Source: Chrysomallon squamiferum (lineage: Eukaryota > Animalia > Mollusca). From it: a DNA stretch of 64,000 nt. Position numbers and translations under genes: made by a program. The stretch is from positions 10,478,001-10,542,000 of the forward strand of contig CM022667.1 of the NCBI GenBank assembly GCA_012295275.1. The letters are read 5' to 3'. Below, piece by piece: positions 20,191 through 34,429 of this stretch (positions are counted from its first letter, which is position 1; the number at the start of each line of letters is the position of its first letter). Below the pieces are notes generated by a model. That model was not told the DNA's origin and searched no databases. It saw only the letters and a program-made list of their open reading frames with translations.

Positions 20191-22304
20191 CATGAATGCA
20201 TTTGTGTGTCCGTATCTAAATGTGTTAGTGTGTGTGTGTGTCAGTGTGTGTGTCAGTGTGTATACATATAAATATATATATATATACACACACACACACA
20301 CTCACACTGTGTATTAAAATAATCTATTGGCCATATAAGGATTTATTATGAAAAAAAGCTGTGTCAGAAGCTTGAAGATAGCCATAGTACATTAACAGTA
20401 TTTGAAGCATTATATTCTATTGTAAGAAGAAGATTTTTCTTAATTTGTATAGATAAGACATACAGAGTCAATGATTTGGTGATTTTGTGTAGTATACAGA
20501 AACTTATAAGTAGTATTCAGAAAGAAATAGCGAAAGTATGTGTGATTCACATACACATGCATGCATACAGATATATACACACATACAGACAGATACATAC
20601 ATATGTATGTGTGTATTCATCTATGCATATATGTGTCAGTATGTAAATATGTAAATATTGCAAGTTGTTAAATTAAAATTTTGACACATCAAAAAAGACC
20701 CACACAAAACCATCTATTCACAGTTAATTATGTCATGATCATATATATATTATAATAAGAAAAAGAAATTTTGTATTTGCTTCTTGTGCCAAATCATAAT
20801 ATTTGTTAGTGGTTGTATGTTTTTGAATATATGTGATGGTGCAGAATGAATCATGGACACAGGACACATTTAACAAAATTAACAGATTTTGGTTATATTT
20901 ATAATATTATAAATGTTTTTTAGATAGGCAACTTGAGATGTTACATAATCAACTAGCCCTCTGTGGAAAATAAGCACGATTTTTAATAATTGTATTTAAA
21001 TGTCAGCAGTTGCACATATCCAGTGTTTGGTATCAAAATAAACAACAAAAATATCAGAAATAAAATAATCCGTTCGTTTTAAATGCATCATTGTTATAAA
21101 AGAATGAAACCAGGTTGAAAATGTTGTTCATCTACATTTTATTTGCAAAAAAATTACTCCTTGCCACCCAATGGGTTAAGAAGTTCTAAAAAAAAAAAAT
21201 GGCATAATACTTCTAAATTAAATAGATTTTAAGAGAGAGAATAAAATAAATAAAAATGACTTTAAAATATCAAAATTAGTATCTTTTGCATGAGTACTGT
21301 TTTTTAAAAGATGCAGAGTGACTTATCCATGATTTTTGCATTCTGCGACATACATATAATCAAATGCTATAACTGATATTTGGGATAATTAGAAGGGAGA
21401 TAATTTGTGATAGTGGGTCAAATGTAATTCTTATATCTGTGAACTGAAACATAAAGGAATTGTCTTGCAATTTCTGTAGTCTGTAATGAATAGTGGATTG
21501 TTAATTATCAACACCAAATAATAGATTACAAATACTGAATTATGAATTACAAGCACTGAATTATGAGTCATGAATGATGAACACTGTACTAAGCACAATA
21601 AATTCAGATTATTAATTATGAATACATTTCTTTGTTTTGAATAATGTCAAACAAACATTCATTATTTTAAGTTAATCAGAAATTTGTATGTATGTATGTA
21701 TATGTACATGTGTGTGTGTACTTTTTCCTTGCTTACTTTTCTTTTTACCAAAAAGTATATTTTATTAATTTTCATTCCTTAAATACTTGATTTTTAAGCA
21801 GAATGCTGTAAAATTATAATCAACAGTATTTTACTGATACTTATTTTTATGCTCAATATTTAAAATTTACATTTTTAATAATATTTTCCATGTTTATATA
21901 ATCTTTCATTTCATTTCCTTTTTCTCATTTTTATTTTTTTGTTTATTTTTAATTTGCTTTTTTTGCTTTTTCCATTTTTTCATTTTTCCATTATTTTTGT
22001 CTTTCTTGTTTTTCCAGGGTAGAATTTAATATTTATTTTGAAAATATACCAATTCACTGAGATTACATAAATCTGGAAAAAAACAACATGCACACAGTAC
22101 ATAAAAACACATGTACACATTTTCATTTTTTTTTTTTTTATCTGCACTAGATAACTTATTGGCAAAATTGAAACATCTATGGTCTTTTATTATTTTATTA
22201 TACACTGTTATGTATTTTAAAATAATAAGAGCAAAGTCATGAGGCCTACTGAAACAAAATATGGCATGAATCTCCAATGTGATGTGTTACAGAGATCCTT
22301 TATT

Positions 22305-22680
22305 ATTAGTAAAGATTGAGTGTTTAAAATATCTCATGAAGCAAAGAGGTATGCTGTGTTTGTGTGATTAACTAACAGTATATAGTTTATTTTAGTATTA
22401 AAGTGTGTATGATTCATTTATTATTAACAAAGTTTGAGTATACAAAACATCTCAGGATGCAAAGAAGTATGCTATATTTTATTAACAGTTCATATAGTTT
22501 ATTTTTATCGGTACAATGTATATGAATCATGTATTATGAGTGTACTTCATTATCATCAAAGTCTGAGTTAAGTACTGAGCTGAAAGTGTACAAAATGTCT
22601 AAGTTTACAAAGAAATACATTAAATTTGTTTAACATATTTTATTGTTACTTGTATATGAATTCTACTTTATTTTGTTAAC
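22305..22680. repeat. Degenerate tandem repeat, about 120-130 bp, three units
   Basis: Recurrent AAAG.TTGAGT...AAAA..TCTCA...GCAAAGA.GTATGCT...TATAGTTTATTT...GTATATGA.TC units. Confidence 0.55.
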
Positions 22681-22974
22681 AACATGATTACCTTTATAAT
22701 CAAAGAAAGTTAATTAATATAACAGGCTTTAATCATATTTTTCTCTAAATGTAATTTTAAAACTGCATGGAGTTTATATAATCATTTTTTGTTTGTTTTT
22801 AACCTTTCATATAATAAACAGAGGAATTTTTCAGAATTCTGTTTACATTTTGTTTGTTCATTTGTTATTCAGAGACGATTTCATTTAATTACACAATAAG
22901 GAGGTGATCTGATGCTTAAAATTTATTGTAGGAGTATTCTCAATAATTGCTTGATATCACAGCATTGCAGTATG

Positions 22975-23069
<95 letters not shown>

Positions 23070-23676
23070 GCTCTGTAGGTGCTTAATCAACCTATCTAAA
23101 TAACTGACAAGAAATTGTGCTCGTTTCAAATGTTCTCTGTTAATGCAGAGTAATTCTTACCTGTATTTTGGAGTCCAAACATTTTTTTTTTATTCACCAG
23201 AATTATATTACATACCCAACTGTGATTACGTGATTTTATTAATTTCAGCTATGACGTAAAGTATTTATTCGGTTATAACGTAATCTATTATGACGTCAAT
23301 TTCTTTATTCGACAGTAACAAATTAAATCGGGGGGGTGAATACGTCGATCGCGGATGTAGTGCGGATAGTTTGCGCACATTCACGTGCAACTCATCAGAG
23401 TAAGTGATCATAAATGTATTGAGTTGTATTGTGCCGTACGGGTTCATGCAGTGATGCAAGGTTCGCCAACATATACTGTATACTCAGTACATATACAAAT
23501 ATTATTTATAGCATTTTTGAATAGAGGTAGATCATTCTGATCTGTTCATTTTAAAAGCAGCTCGCAATCTGAAAAAGTGAGCACCCCCCTGAATTAAATG
23601 TATGTTTGACATCTTTAAATTGTGTTCAAACGAAAAAAAATGTAAGTAATTATAAATTAAAATTTTGTAATAATAA

Positions 23677-23724
<48 letters not shown>

Positions 23725-23780
23725 TTAGATATTATAAAATAAATGGTTTTGATGATTTACAGTTCTGAAAATAATTCATT

Positions 23781-23819
<39 letters not shown>

Positions 23820-25491
23820 TAGTGATCAAATCCATTTATGTTTAATAATGATAAGTTAACCTAATATTATCAGATTAAACTTATCAATTCTACTTACTTC
23901 TGCACAGATGCACTCTTTTTTAATGTAGGTCCCGCCCCTTGTTCGAGAAAAAAGACAAATAACATTATTATGATAATGTGTCACCCATCTTTTATTTCTG
24001 ACGTCAGTGGTTTGTGTGTTGATATGTTGTTATGGTTACACCGCGGTTATTCAATTTATACAACTACTTTCAGTTTTTTGTGTGTGTGTGTGTGTGTTCA
24101 GAAAATAAATAACAACATCCGAAATTATGACCTATCATTGTTTTTTTTGTTTTCGTCTTCAGACGTCATCAGCGTTTGAATGTTGTAATGGTGTTGTCAC
24201 TGATGCTAGTAGCGGTTTTAAATTTACGCATTTGCGACGACATTTCCGAATACTGTGTACGTACTAACGTCACACGACGTAAGAAAATTAATAAATTATA
24301 TTTCAGGTTTATTAACAACTTTGTTTGTGACGTATAATAATATTAAGATGAAGAAGAAGAAGAAGAAGAACCAAAGTAGTTAAGTCGTCTAGAGAAAAAT
24401 AAGGATAGCAAACTTATAAAAGCATTACCAAAACTCCTTTATGTGTCATCATAGACATCGTGGACACTTCTGTACAATAATATATTTCGCTATTGTTTTT
24501 ATATTTATATAAAGGAATGTCCTTTTATGCATATGTATTAAATAACAGAGATAATTTATTACTTTTAATTCTAAAGAGGATAGAGAAGAAAATCAATACA
24601 CTTAAATTTATATCATAAAAACATTCACGAAAACGATAATATAATAATAACAATAAATACATAAATTTATTTGTATATATATGTGTGTGTGTGTGTGTGT
24701 GTATGTTCAGTCTTACGAAAATGAATATTAAATACATTTATATGAATACATAAAAAAAAAAACAAGCATACGAAAATTTCTTTACAAAAAGAAATTCACT
24801 CTATGACGTGAGAGACCGACCCCTCCCTCATAAATGTTCACTGGACCCGCACCTGATTCGCCTGTCTTATGAAATCGGTGGAAAAAAGAAAAATAAATAA
24901 ATAAAATAATAAAAACGTAACGCATTTGACTTGCAGTAAACAACCAATTTATTATTTAACAAGGAAACGTGTTAACTGTAATCGTGGCAAGACAGATGAA
25001 ATGTTTTAAAATACTGACCCACAACAAAGAGAGACGCTAAAAAATGATAATTATTCATTAGCCTCATTTTAATTCTACATGAGGGGAACAATTTTTCATT
25101 TAGGAGTTTCGCAGACGAGAATGGTAAGTTTTGCGTACATTATTATTACTTTTTATTTTATATGGAAAAATTTGTTTTGGTGTTACACATTCATACGGAC
25201 AAATACACATTACATACATCTACTTATATACGTACGTAGAAAATACTAATACAAATACCAACAGATATTTTCTTAATAATTTGTTCATTAATTAATAGTT
25301 TTGTTACTATTATTATTTTTACTTTTTTATTTTAGTTTTACTACAACAATTACTACTACTACTACTACAATTATTATTATTATTATCATCATAATCATCA
25401 TCATCATCACGTACGAGAATAATTTTCACAGTAAACTACCAAAATGTCTAACAGGTGCGGAATCCACAAATGTTAGCTTGTAATATAGATA

Positions 25492-25531
<40 letters not shown>

Positions 25532-26728
25532 TCAGAACCAACGATTCTAAGCTAAAACATCGTACAGATGACAAATAACAATTTCTAACGGGGACTGAAT
25601 CTGTGAATTTCTAGGACTAATAGTACAGAGAGTATCACTACGAGAAAGCTCATTTTAGCAGGTATTTTTGCTTATGACGATTTCGTTCGTTCGCTTTAAA
25701 TCTCAAAGATTACGGGGCTTAGAAGAGTTAGAAAAGAAAGACGTTTCTGAAAGAATCCAATCAAGTGTTAAGTGAAGTTAAAACTTGTCTATGTTTGACT
25801 GGTGTACAGAGAATGGAAAGAATGTCGAGCAGACGTCTGAGTGATCTCTTGGAATGTGTTTTGTTTAATTTCCGTGTAGGTGCAGGGTTTTTTTAGAGCA
25901 GACGTCGAGAAAAACGACTAGGGACACGCAAAGGGCTGGGCTGGGCTGGGCTAGGCTGGTCTTCATCGCTTTCTAGAGGTGGGTTCTTTGAGGACATTCG
26001 TTTTTTACTTTTAAAATTTATTTAGCTTTAATTTTTATTAATTTTTTTAAAGTTTGTTTCAGTTAATTTATTATTTTTATTTATTTCAGTTTTTTTATTT
26101 TATTGTTTTTTTATTTTTATGTTTTTATTTATGTCTTTTTATTTCAATTACTTTACTATATTATTTTTTTTTTATTTTATATTTTGGTTAGTATTTATAC
26201 TTATTTTATATGTTATTTTATTTCATTTATTCATTTACTTACTTACTTAGCTACTTACTTACTCACCTACTTACTTACTTATGTTATCATAATTAAGAAA
26301 AATAGGGCTAATATTTCATTGATGTAGCACACAAACACATATACACACGTTTACACTCTCTCTCTCTCTCTCTCTCTCTCTCAGAATATTTATTATCTTA
26401 CGGAACACTATACTACTGTTACCCGACTTTTTCTCAAAGAATGACTTAAAGGATGATGAGGCTTTTAACAAAACAATATTCGTACCAGCTTGTTTACAAC
26501 TGTCATAATAAATGTGTAGTAATAATTTACCACCAGTGCGAGACACGTGGTAGTTTTCTGGGTCAGCGAAGCGCAAGAACACAAAACAGTAATTACAGTT
26601 TATTCACATCACTTCAGTCTCCGCGTGCACAGTTAACGGAATCATTTGACGTAACGGTTTAAAGAATTATTTGTGTTTGTCGGTTTGTTTGCAGTATAAA
26701 AATATTTGTTTAATATGTTTATGCAGAG

Positions 26729-26769
<41 letters not shown>

Positions 26770-27011
26770 ATTTGCGTGTGCGATACCTTAAAATAAGTGG
26801 GTAAGTTTGTCCGATACTAATAAACTCACATTTCGACAGCAAATATTTGAATATTATAAAGAATAATTACAAGTTTGTTACGATGTGCGTGTCTGTGTTG
26901 AATATTATCTGTTACGTGTGATGTTTATATGTGTATGTGTTTGAGTTTCCTGACATTTATTTTGTACGTGTAAATATATAAGAATTGAGGTTTATTTTTC
27001 AGTCTCAAAAA

Positions 27012-27049
<38 letters not shown>

Positions 27050-27186
27050 AATGAAATAAAAACAACTACCAGAATATATAACATGAAGTTCAGTATCAAT
27101 ATTTATTTCAATTGTAGATTGTTCAGGATATACCCACACACGATAACAAATTCTAGACTCGACTTTAAATTCTTCTGTTTCTAAAG

Positions 27187-28311
27187 ATGCACAATCTATG
27201 CATAGCGATTCTGGCTGCCTTTTTCCTCTGGTTAAGGAAGTCAGCTCAGGAAAGGAGCTCCAGATCTGAGGGTGGAAAATACTCCTGGCAGAAATACGAT
27301 GCGTTTGACGACATCGACGACAAATTTATCGCTGTACAGAGTCACAACTGTCGGGCTAAACCTAAAAGTGAAATGGTTTTCAGAGAGGACACCGTGTCCC
27401 AAATTCCCAAATATAATCGTCTGCTCTCTCAGGTTTGGTATAAAAACCGGACCTCTCTCATACACCTGCACAACATGGCGCTCAACCGAGCTTTCTTCTA
27501 CAGCTACATCTTACAGAAAATGAATGACACCTCCTCCTTCTACATCAGTCCAAACTGGATGTACATGTACATGTCGGTCACCGCTGACGTCAACGCAAAT
27601 CCTGGCATGATCAACGGCAGCGCTATTTACTTTGATAATAACTGCAGCTACCCTAATTGGTATACGACGATTCCTCTGAACAAAACATTGAACCTTTTCG
27701 CACCAAAAGCTTGGAGATGGGACGATTATAGTGACCAAGACAATTTTCTGCGGGAACCCACCAAGAAGGTTGTCATGGTAACTGACATAGGCTCTGGGAG
27801 CAGTGCCAACTACACACATTCGGATTACAAGATGAATCCCTGGTATTCAAAATGGCTGCCGGATATTTCCGGTGCTGAAGACTCCTTGACTAAGTTTCCG
27901 TACAGAATCGGCATAAAATATTCTAACGAAACTGGACGTTTTACGAGGGATGAATTTCTGAATTTCCATTTCTTTGGTCCTTCATCGCCGAGTCAAAACG
28001 AAAAAGACGAGCGTATGCTGCCAGTTCAGTTCACAAAGCCGTATTACGACTGCAGCGGCGCCAGGAAGTGGGTACTGAGCGCCGTGTCTCCTGTTGTCGA
28101 CTACATGCCTCGGTACTCTAACTGGACACATCTTCGTCGTCAACGGTGAGATGGGTAATAACAAACAGATTATGGTTAATTTATTCTTTATAATGAGATA
28201 TAATTATATGAGAACTCTTTGATTATGTCATGTCTTCACTCTCCCTCTTTTTAAATATATTTGTATATGTTTATCTGTCAGTTTGTTTTTGTCTGTTTAT
28301 CTATTTGTAGA

Positions 28312-28386
<75 letters not shown>

Positions 28387-28892
28387 GACGTTTGTTCCTA
28401 TCTTTCTTTCTTTGCATCTGTCTCTCACTGTAACTTTAAATCTACTCTTTCCTGGAAAAATAATAATTGTTAATATGTTTATCATCGTCACCATCAACAT
28501 CCACATCGTCAGTATTATCAGAATTATATAGCAGCGTTTACACTTTATTGCGTCTTGTTCTTTCAACTTTGTAATTTTTTGGCAGGTTCGTTGCTACGAT
28601 CGTGATGGACATAGACTTCAATCAAATAGATTTCAACGCGTGTGGTGTCAGTATGGGTAACCCTGGTCCCAGCTACCTGTCAGGTACAGCCAGGTGCAAA
28701 TCTAAAACGACGGGGGTGAGTTAAAATGTCATCGGTATTCAGCTAATTCTGGTTGTTGACTGATTTGACGTGTGGATATAAAACAAAGTGACGTATCGCT
28801 CATTATCATTAATTTTGTTTTCCCCTCAGTGCTTAAAACGAAACTAAATTAATAAAATATTGATAATTATAATGATATCCACTGCAATTTAC

Positions 28893-28981
<89 letters not shown>

Positions 28982-29053
28982 TATTTTTATTTTATTCTAT
29001 TTATTGTATTTTTTTATTATTAATTAATTTATTTACTGTTGTTATTTATTATT

Positions 29054-29089
<36 letters not shown>

Positions 29090-29536
29090 TTTTCTATTTC
29101 GATTTAGTGCAAGCACAAAATGGGATACGGGTTTAGACGAGGTGGTTACGTTTGTGTGTGCAAAAGTGGCTACCACTATCCAAAATGGATCGACCCTCCA
29201 TTTCAAGGTGATGATATTGAGCAAGCCACAGAAGACGAATATAGAAATGGATTTGAATGTCAACGCACTGGGTGTAAGTGATAAATGTGTAAAATAAATA
29301 TGACTTTGTTAAAGTCATGATAGAGGTGACACCCAGTGTGATCATTCCAAATACAGTTAGGAGGAAATATTTTATATCATATATAACAAAGCTCTTATGT
29401 TAAATGAGTACGGATAATAATAAAATTGCTGATCCAAGTGGAACTGATCCTCCAAGCCATTTGGCACGAGTAATTGTTTCATACTGAGTTACTAACTGCT
29501 CTTTGATTTTTCAATGTTGATCTAAAGTTTCTTCTT

Positions 29537-29601
<65 letters not shown>

Positions 29602-31794
29602 TACTAATTTATTTCATTTTTTATTATTTCTTTTTGGGTTTCTTCATTATATAGTTACTGTTTTTGTTTATATTATTATTATTTTGTTCTTGTAGCTGTT
29701 ATCATTGCCGTCGTAGCTGCTGTTGCTATTATTACTGTTAATGATTTTATTATTTTTATTTTTATTATTACTCTCGTTGTTATAATTGTTATTATTATTA
29801 TTAATAGCTAACCTTAATGATTTTAAATAATAACAACACAAGAATACTTCAGTAAAATTATGTGTTCATGTAAAATATCTTTTAACATTTTTTTGTATTA
29901 TTCGCAGATCTCCAAGTGCTGCCGCACATAGATCAGCTCGAAGGGGTGACAATCGAGGGCGGTTCTTCGACCCGTGTGAGGGGAGGGGCAAAACGAAGGT
30001 CACTGTCAAGGGTCAGACATTCTAGGAGAGAACGCTCTGTAAACGGGTCAGAGGAAATGACGTATCCAGCGGAAGTTACGAACAATAAGGACCTTTCCCG
30101 GTTAACAAAGGCTAAAAGAGAAACAGTTTTGCAAAACGCGACTGATGCATCAAAGACAAACAAACAGGAAAGTGAAGAACAAAGAAAAGACAACGTGAAA
30201 AAGCTCGTTTCCAAATTACGAAAAGAAAAAAGAAAAAATGTTCTACATTACACGGCCTCGTCGCCACAGGAAGAGAAAAACAAACGAAAAAATACTCCAA
30301 CGTGGGCAAAATATGCTCATGGAAAGATCAAACTTACCAGTCGAAAGACGATCAAACTTTTGAAGAAAAAGTGGCTGAGAGCTAAGAATATCACACTTCA
30401 CAAACGATCGAAACGAGCTTTCAAAGGTCCCTTTGACCAACAGGCCTTCGATTCAGTGATGCGAATTTTCCGTCACAAGGCTAGCATAACGGCTGAAAAT
30501 TGTCACACGAAGCCCAAACATTTGTTATACATGGCTGGCGATGTTGGTTACGGATTTGACAAACAGTTTGAAGCTGAAGGGAGAACAGCTTTAAGACTTT
30601 CTCATTTTGTCAGCAATTTCCTTCAGAATTCTTCACCAGACGAAAACTTTGGAAATCTGAGAGGAGGAGGAAGGCTGCACATGGAACATCTGATTGGAGA
30701 AGTACTAGCCAACGTCATGTCTAACCACAAAATACTTTCCAGCGGAATATTCTTCGACGCTTATCAGTTTGAAAACCAAGATGGCTCGATGAGGGAATTG
30801 TTTGGCCCATTTGCTTACGAAAAGCAAGGCAGTTTTTACACTATAGATGCAGCAGGGATGACTACGCGATACACCGATGAGGACTGGTTCGTTAAAAGTA
30901 AATCAAGATGGTCGACAAATGTAGAAGGTCTTACAACGTACAAAATGAGGCCTTTGATTAGGTCGAATCCAGCAGGACTTAGTTCTGTCCAATTTACGTA
31001 CTTCCCAATGAGCTACAAGGCTCCTGACTATAAAGACGGCTTCTGGACACGTCCCACTTTTAAATGTGATGGTCGCATAAATGAGTGGGTTATGACATAT
31101 GTTGTCCCCTTCTTTGGTCTCGACCATCTTAGGAAGAGGATACAATTCAAGTACGCTAGGTGTTCTTGTACACTTCTATTATATGTTATAGAAATTACTG
31201 AAATGGGGTAACCAAGACAATTAAAATAAGAAAGCTAAATGCTTCTAAAGATCTAAACAGCCAGGAGCATACTAATTATCTTAAAAGCTATTTAGAAAAC
31301 TGAATATAAAATATCTAACTTTGGGAAGTAAATCTCATAAAAATAAAAAATACATTTTTAATGAATTCATCTTTACGTATTAGCAATATTTTATGCCACA
31401 TTAGGTTATGTATTAAAAAAACCCAACTAATTTCTATTCGGAAGAGATACTGTTATATACCAGCTTTTTCAGTAATGTTCACTGAATGAAGTTTAAAGAA
31501 TCGCTATCTACATATTTTGGACCAACAACTAAAACTCTATTTCATATTTTACTTTTAGAGGCGTCGTGACAGTAGATGTTCCGCTGGGACTTTTAGAAAT
31601 TGACCAGTGTCCGGCTCCTTTTCACGTTCCAAATGCATTCAAAAATACAGCGAGATGTGACCAAATATCAACCAAGGTAAAGATATGTGCAATATACATT
31701 ATATTCTACAGGATTGTGTAAGCATATATCAACATATATCAACAAATTTCCGAAAAGACATTAACTTATAATATTTTTTTTCTTTTTCTTTTTT

Positions 31795-31850
<56 letters not shown>

Positions 31851-32882
31851 TAATATGGTGTTAATAAATAAATAAAATTCAAAAAAAAAAAAAACGAAGA
31901 AAAATGCCGAGAATTTTTCGAAATAAATTTTTCCCATTATTTACAGTGTCGAAAACAGAACGGTTTCCGGTTCATGCGAGGTGCTTACAGATGCGATTGT
32001 CGTCAAGGTTTCGAATACCAACATGCAGACGGCAAGTTCTGGATCGAGGGATCTCTTTTAGAGTTGGAATGGGAAAAGAAACAGCGTGGACTCTTGAGCA
32101 GGTAAACGAAATAGTACTAGACTTCGAAACAACCTTCGTTTAATTTAAAAGCGTAATTTATATGACAGATCGGAAATACGGTAAGTGTGCGGTACAGAAG
32201 ATAAAGGGAGACAACCCTATTACAAGTCTTTTGTTTATTTTTCGAGATGAAATTATTATTTTGCAGTTGACAACTGTGTAGACTCAACTAATAATCTTAA
32301 CTTTAGTGTTGATAATTCAGTATTTATATTTTAAACACTAAATTAAATCAGTTTATTTATTTATTTATTTATTTATTGTTATTGTCGTTGTTGTATATTT
32401 ACTAATGACACTTTGTTAAATTTTGTGGCGACCAGTCTTTACTAATTTTAATAATAATAACTATAATTATTATAGAATGAGAATAGACTAAAAGTTTCTG
32501 TGAAAATATTGTGACGTATTTAATTACAGATTAGTATAACAGAAATCTTTAAAATATGTTTCAAGACTTTTTGACATGGGGAAGTCTCGAAGTTATTTTT
32601 TAATTTTTTATAGGCAAACTTTGTTATATTCAATTATCACTAATAAGTTTACGAAATGTATTTGGTGTATTTTGTTTGTATAACAAGATGTGAACATATA
32701 AAAGCTATTATTTATTTTAATTTATTTGATTTATCATTTTTTATATATATACCGTATTTTATATTTTCAGATTTGACTTACTGAAATGTCGCATTTCGGG
32801 AGCAGAATCAGTTACTGTGTTATCTAATCAGTTAAAAATCACATGGCTAGCATTGTCATTGACGTTAATACTGACGTCATAA
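27187..32882 (+). CDS. Tandem GPR158/GPR179-type ectodomain protein lacking 7TM, probably GPI-anchored; paralogue 1, about 960 aa. Exons 27187-28145, 28586-28715, 29108-29273, 29908-31150, 31559-31676, 31947-32101, 32771-32882
   Basis: Hydrophobic signal peptide. Two copies of the GPR158-family signature: (F/W)T.P..DC/KC...WV....P...F.....DI/DV....ID..C...C...T.C....G..F.RG.Y.C.C..G(Y/F). C-terminus RISGAESVTVLSNQLKITWLALSLTLILTS*. All GT-AG junctions are phase-compatible (2,0,1,2,0,2). Confidence 0.85.
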
Positions 32883-33481
32883 CAGTCACTCATGATCGAA
32901 GGGTGTGGCAAGTTTTACTCATTATTCCAGCTACGACAAATTCATTTGTGCAAACGTTCACTGATACAATATTTAGCTAATTGTACTGTAATGAGATCAG
33001 AACTGATTGTTTAATCCTAACTCGACCTTAACGTGACCTTTACATTCATTAACCTTCTTCTGTTACGTTATGAACGTCTTCAAGCAGATCAGTCTTCAAA
33101 ACAGCTATTGTTTTTTAACACAAATCATTCACCTAAAAGGTTATTGGTTGACTGTTGTGTGCTTGTTACAAAAAAAAAAAAAAAAAAAGAAGAAGAAGAA
33201 AAAGTATTATCACGCTTGAAGTAGGCAAGTTATTGTTACTATACCTCAGATATTGGAAATGTGGTATTTATGGCGTGTTTGCCTTGAAAAACTGAACGTG
33301 CACGCCTGACATGGGCTCTAACTTATTTCTGAAACGATCATGGGCACAATGACTTTTTTTTTTGTTGTTGTTGTTTTTTCTAAAACAAATAATTCTCAGG
33401 TATGTGTTATTTTTACAGTAAAGTTGAAGAAGCAGAGTATTTTTGCCCGCTTTACGTAATGTCCCGTTTAATGGTGCCATT

Positions 33482-34429
33482 AGAGAGGTTTAGCATAGAT
33501 GTAACTTTCACGTTCAGAAACCGCATGGTCTTTTCTCGCGAGATTTGCTCAATACGGGACATGTCTGTACGTACGAGTTCGCGCATAGCGGAATCACTTA
33601 TACGTGTGCATTTCCGTATCTTTACAGCAAATGTTCTGAAACCTTATAAAGGGCGAATTTTGTTTTTATGATTTTCTTTAATTACCTTTGCACAGGTTAG
33701 TGCTGCTTAAGTTGCATTTTCTCGCATGGTTTTTACGTAAATGATTGCCAAAGATAGTTCCTTTCTCTCAAAAAAAAAGTCGTTGTTGGACTTACATACC
33801 GTTGTACCGTTGAGCGAACGAGATTACGATTTCGGATGCTAAATTCAAACTAACATGCCCGAAAAGCAGTAAATTAAGATTGCTGGCCCTTATATTGCCT
33901 TCAGATGTTGTTTTGCTTCTTGGTTAGAAAATACAAAATATTTATTTGTTCGCAAACGAAAATATTGGACATTCCTTTGTTCTGTGTGTACTAAACTGTT
34001 GCAAGAGAAGCAAGTAACAAATTTTTCAAAAACATCATTTTCCTACGAAATTATATGCTATCAGCAACAGCAATAAAAACAGATCAAAATGACTTCAAGA
34101 TATCTTTGATAGCTTTGATATGAATTTTTTTTTTTTTTTTTTTTTTTTTATCTGAAAACAATTTGCCTAAATTTTTCTTTCAAAATTATTTAGAACCTGT
34201 AACTGATTTTGGTCATTTGGCAACATAATCATTGAATATCTTACACATGTTCAAACCAAATACACATATATTATGAGTTCTAGACCTATAGTTACTTCCC
34301 TTCTTTGACCTACGTCGACCTGTTACCTGGAAGCTAAACCCAAAGGGAGTTGTTACCTACATGACCCATACCGTAAGGTCCGTACGTAGTCAGATTCATG
34401 AACGGATTACGTTGATGCTAAACCTCTCT
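33482..34429. mobile_element. Non-autonomous DNA transposon, 948 bp, with perfect 15-bp TIRs; possibly PIF/Harbinger-type
   Basis: AGAGAGGTTTAGCAT at 33482-33496 and its reverse complement ATGCTAAACCTCTCT at 34415-34429. Flanks are ATT and GTT, a possible decayed 3-bp target-site duplication. No transposase ORF is visible. Confidence 0.7.

Noticed and set aside
21161-21180. piggyBac-like end (GGGTTAA), also TTAACCC near 297
   Set aside because: No matching partner terminus was found.
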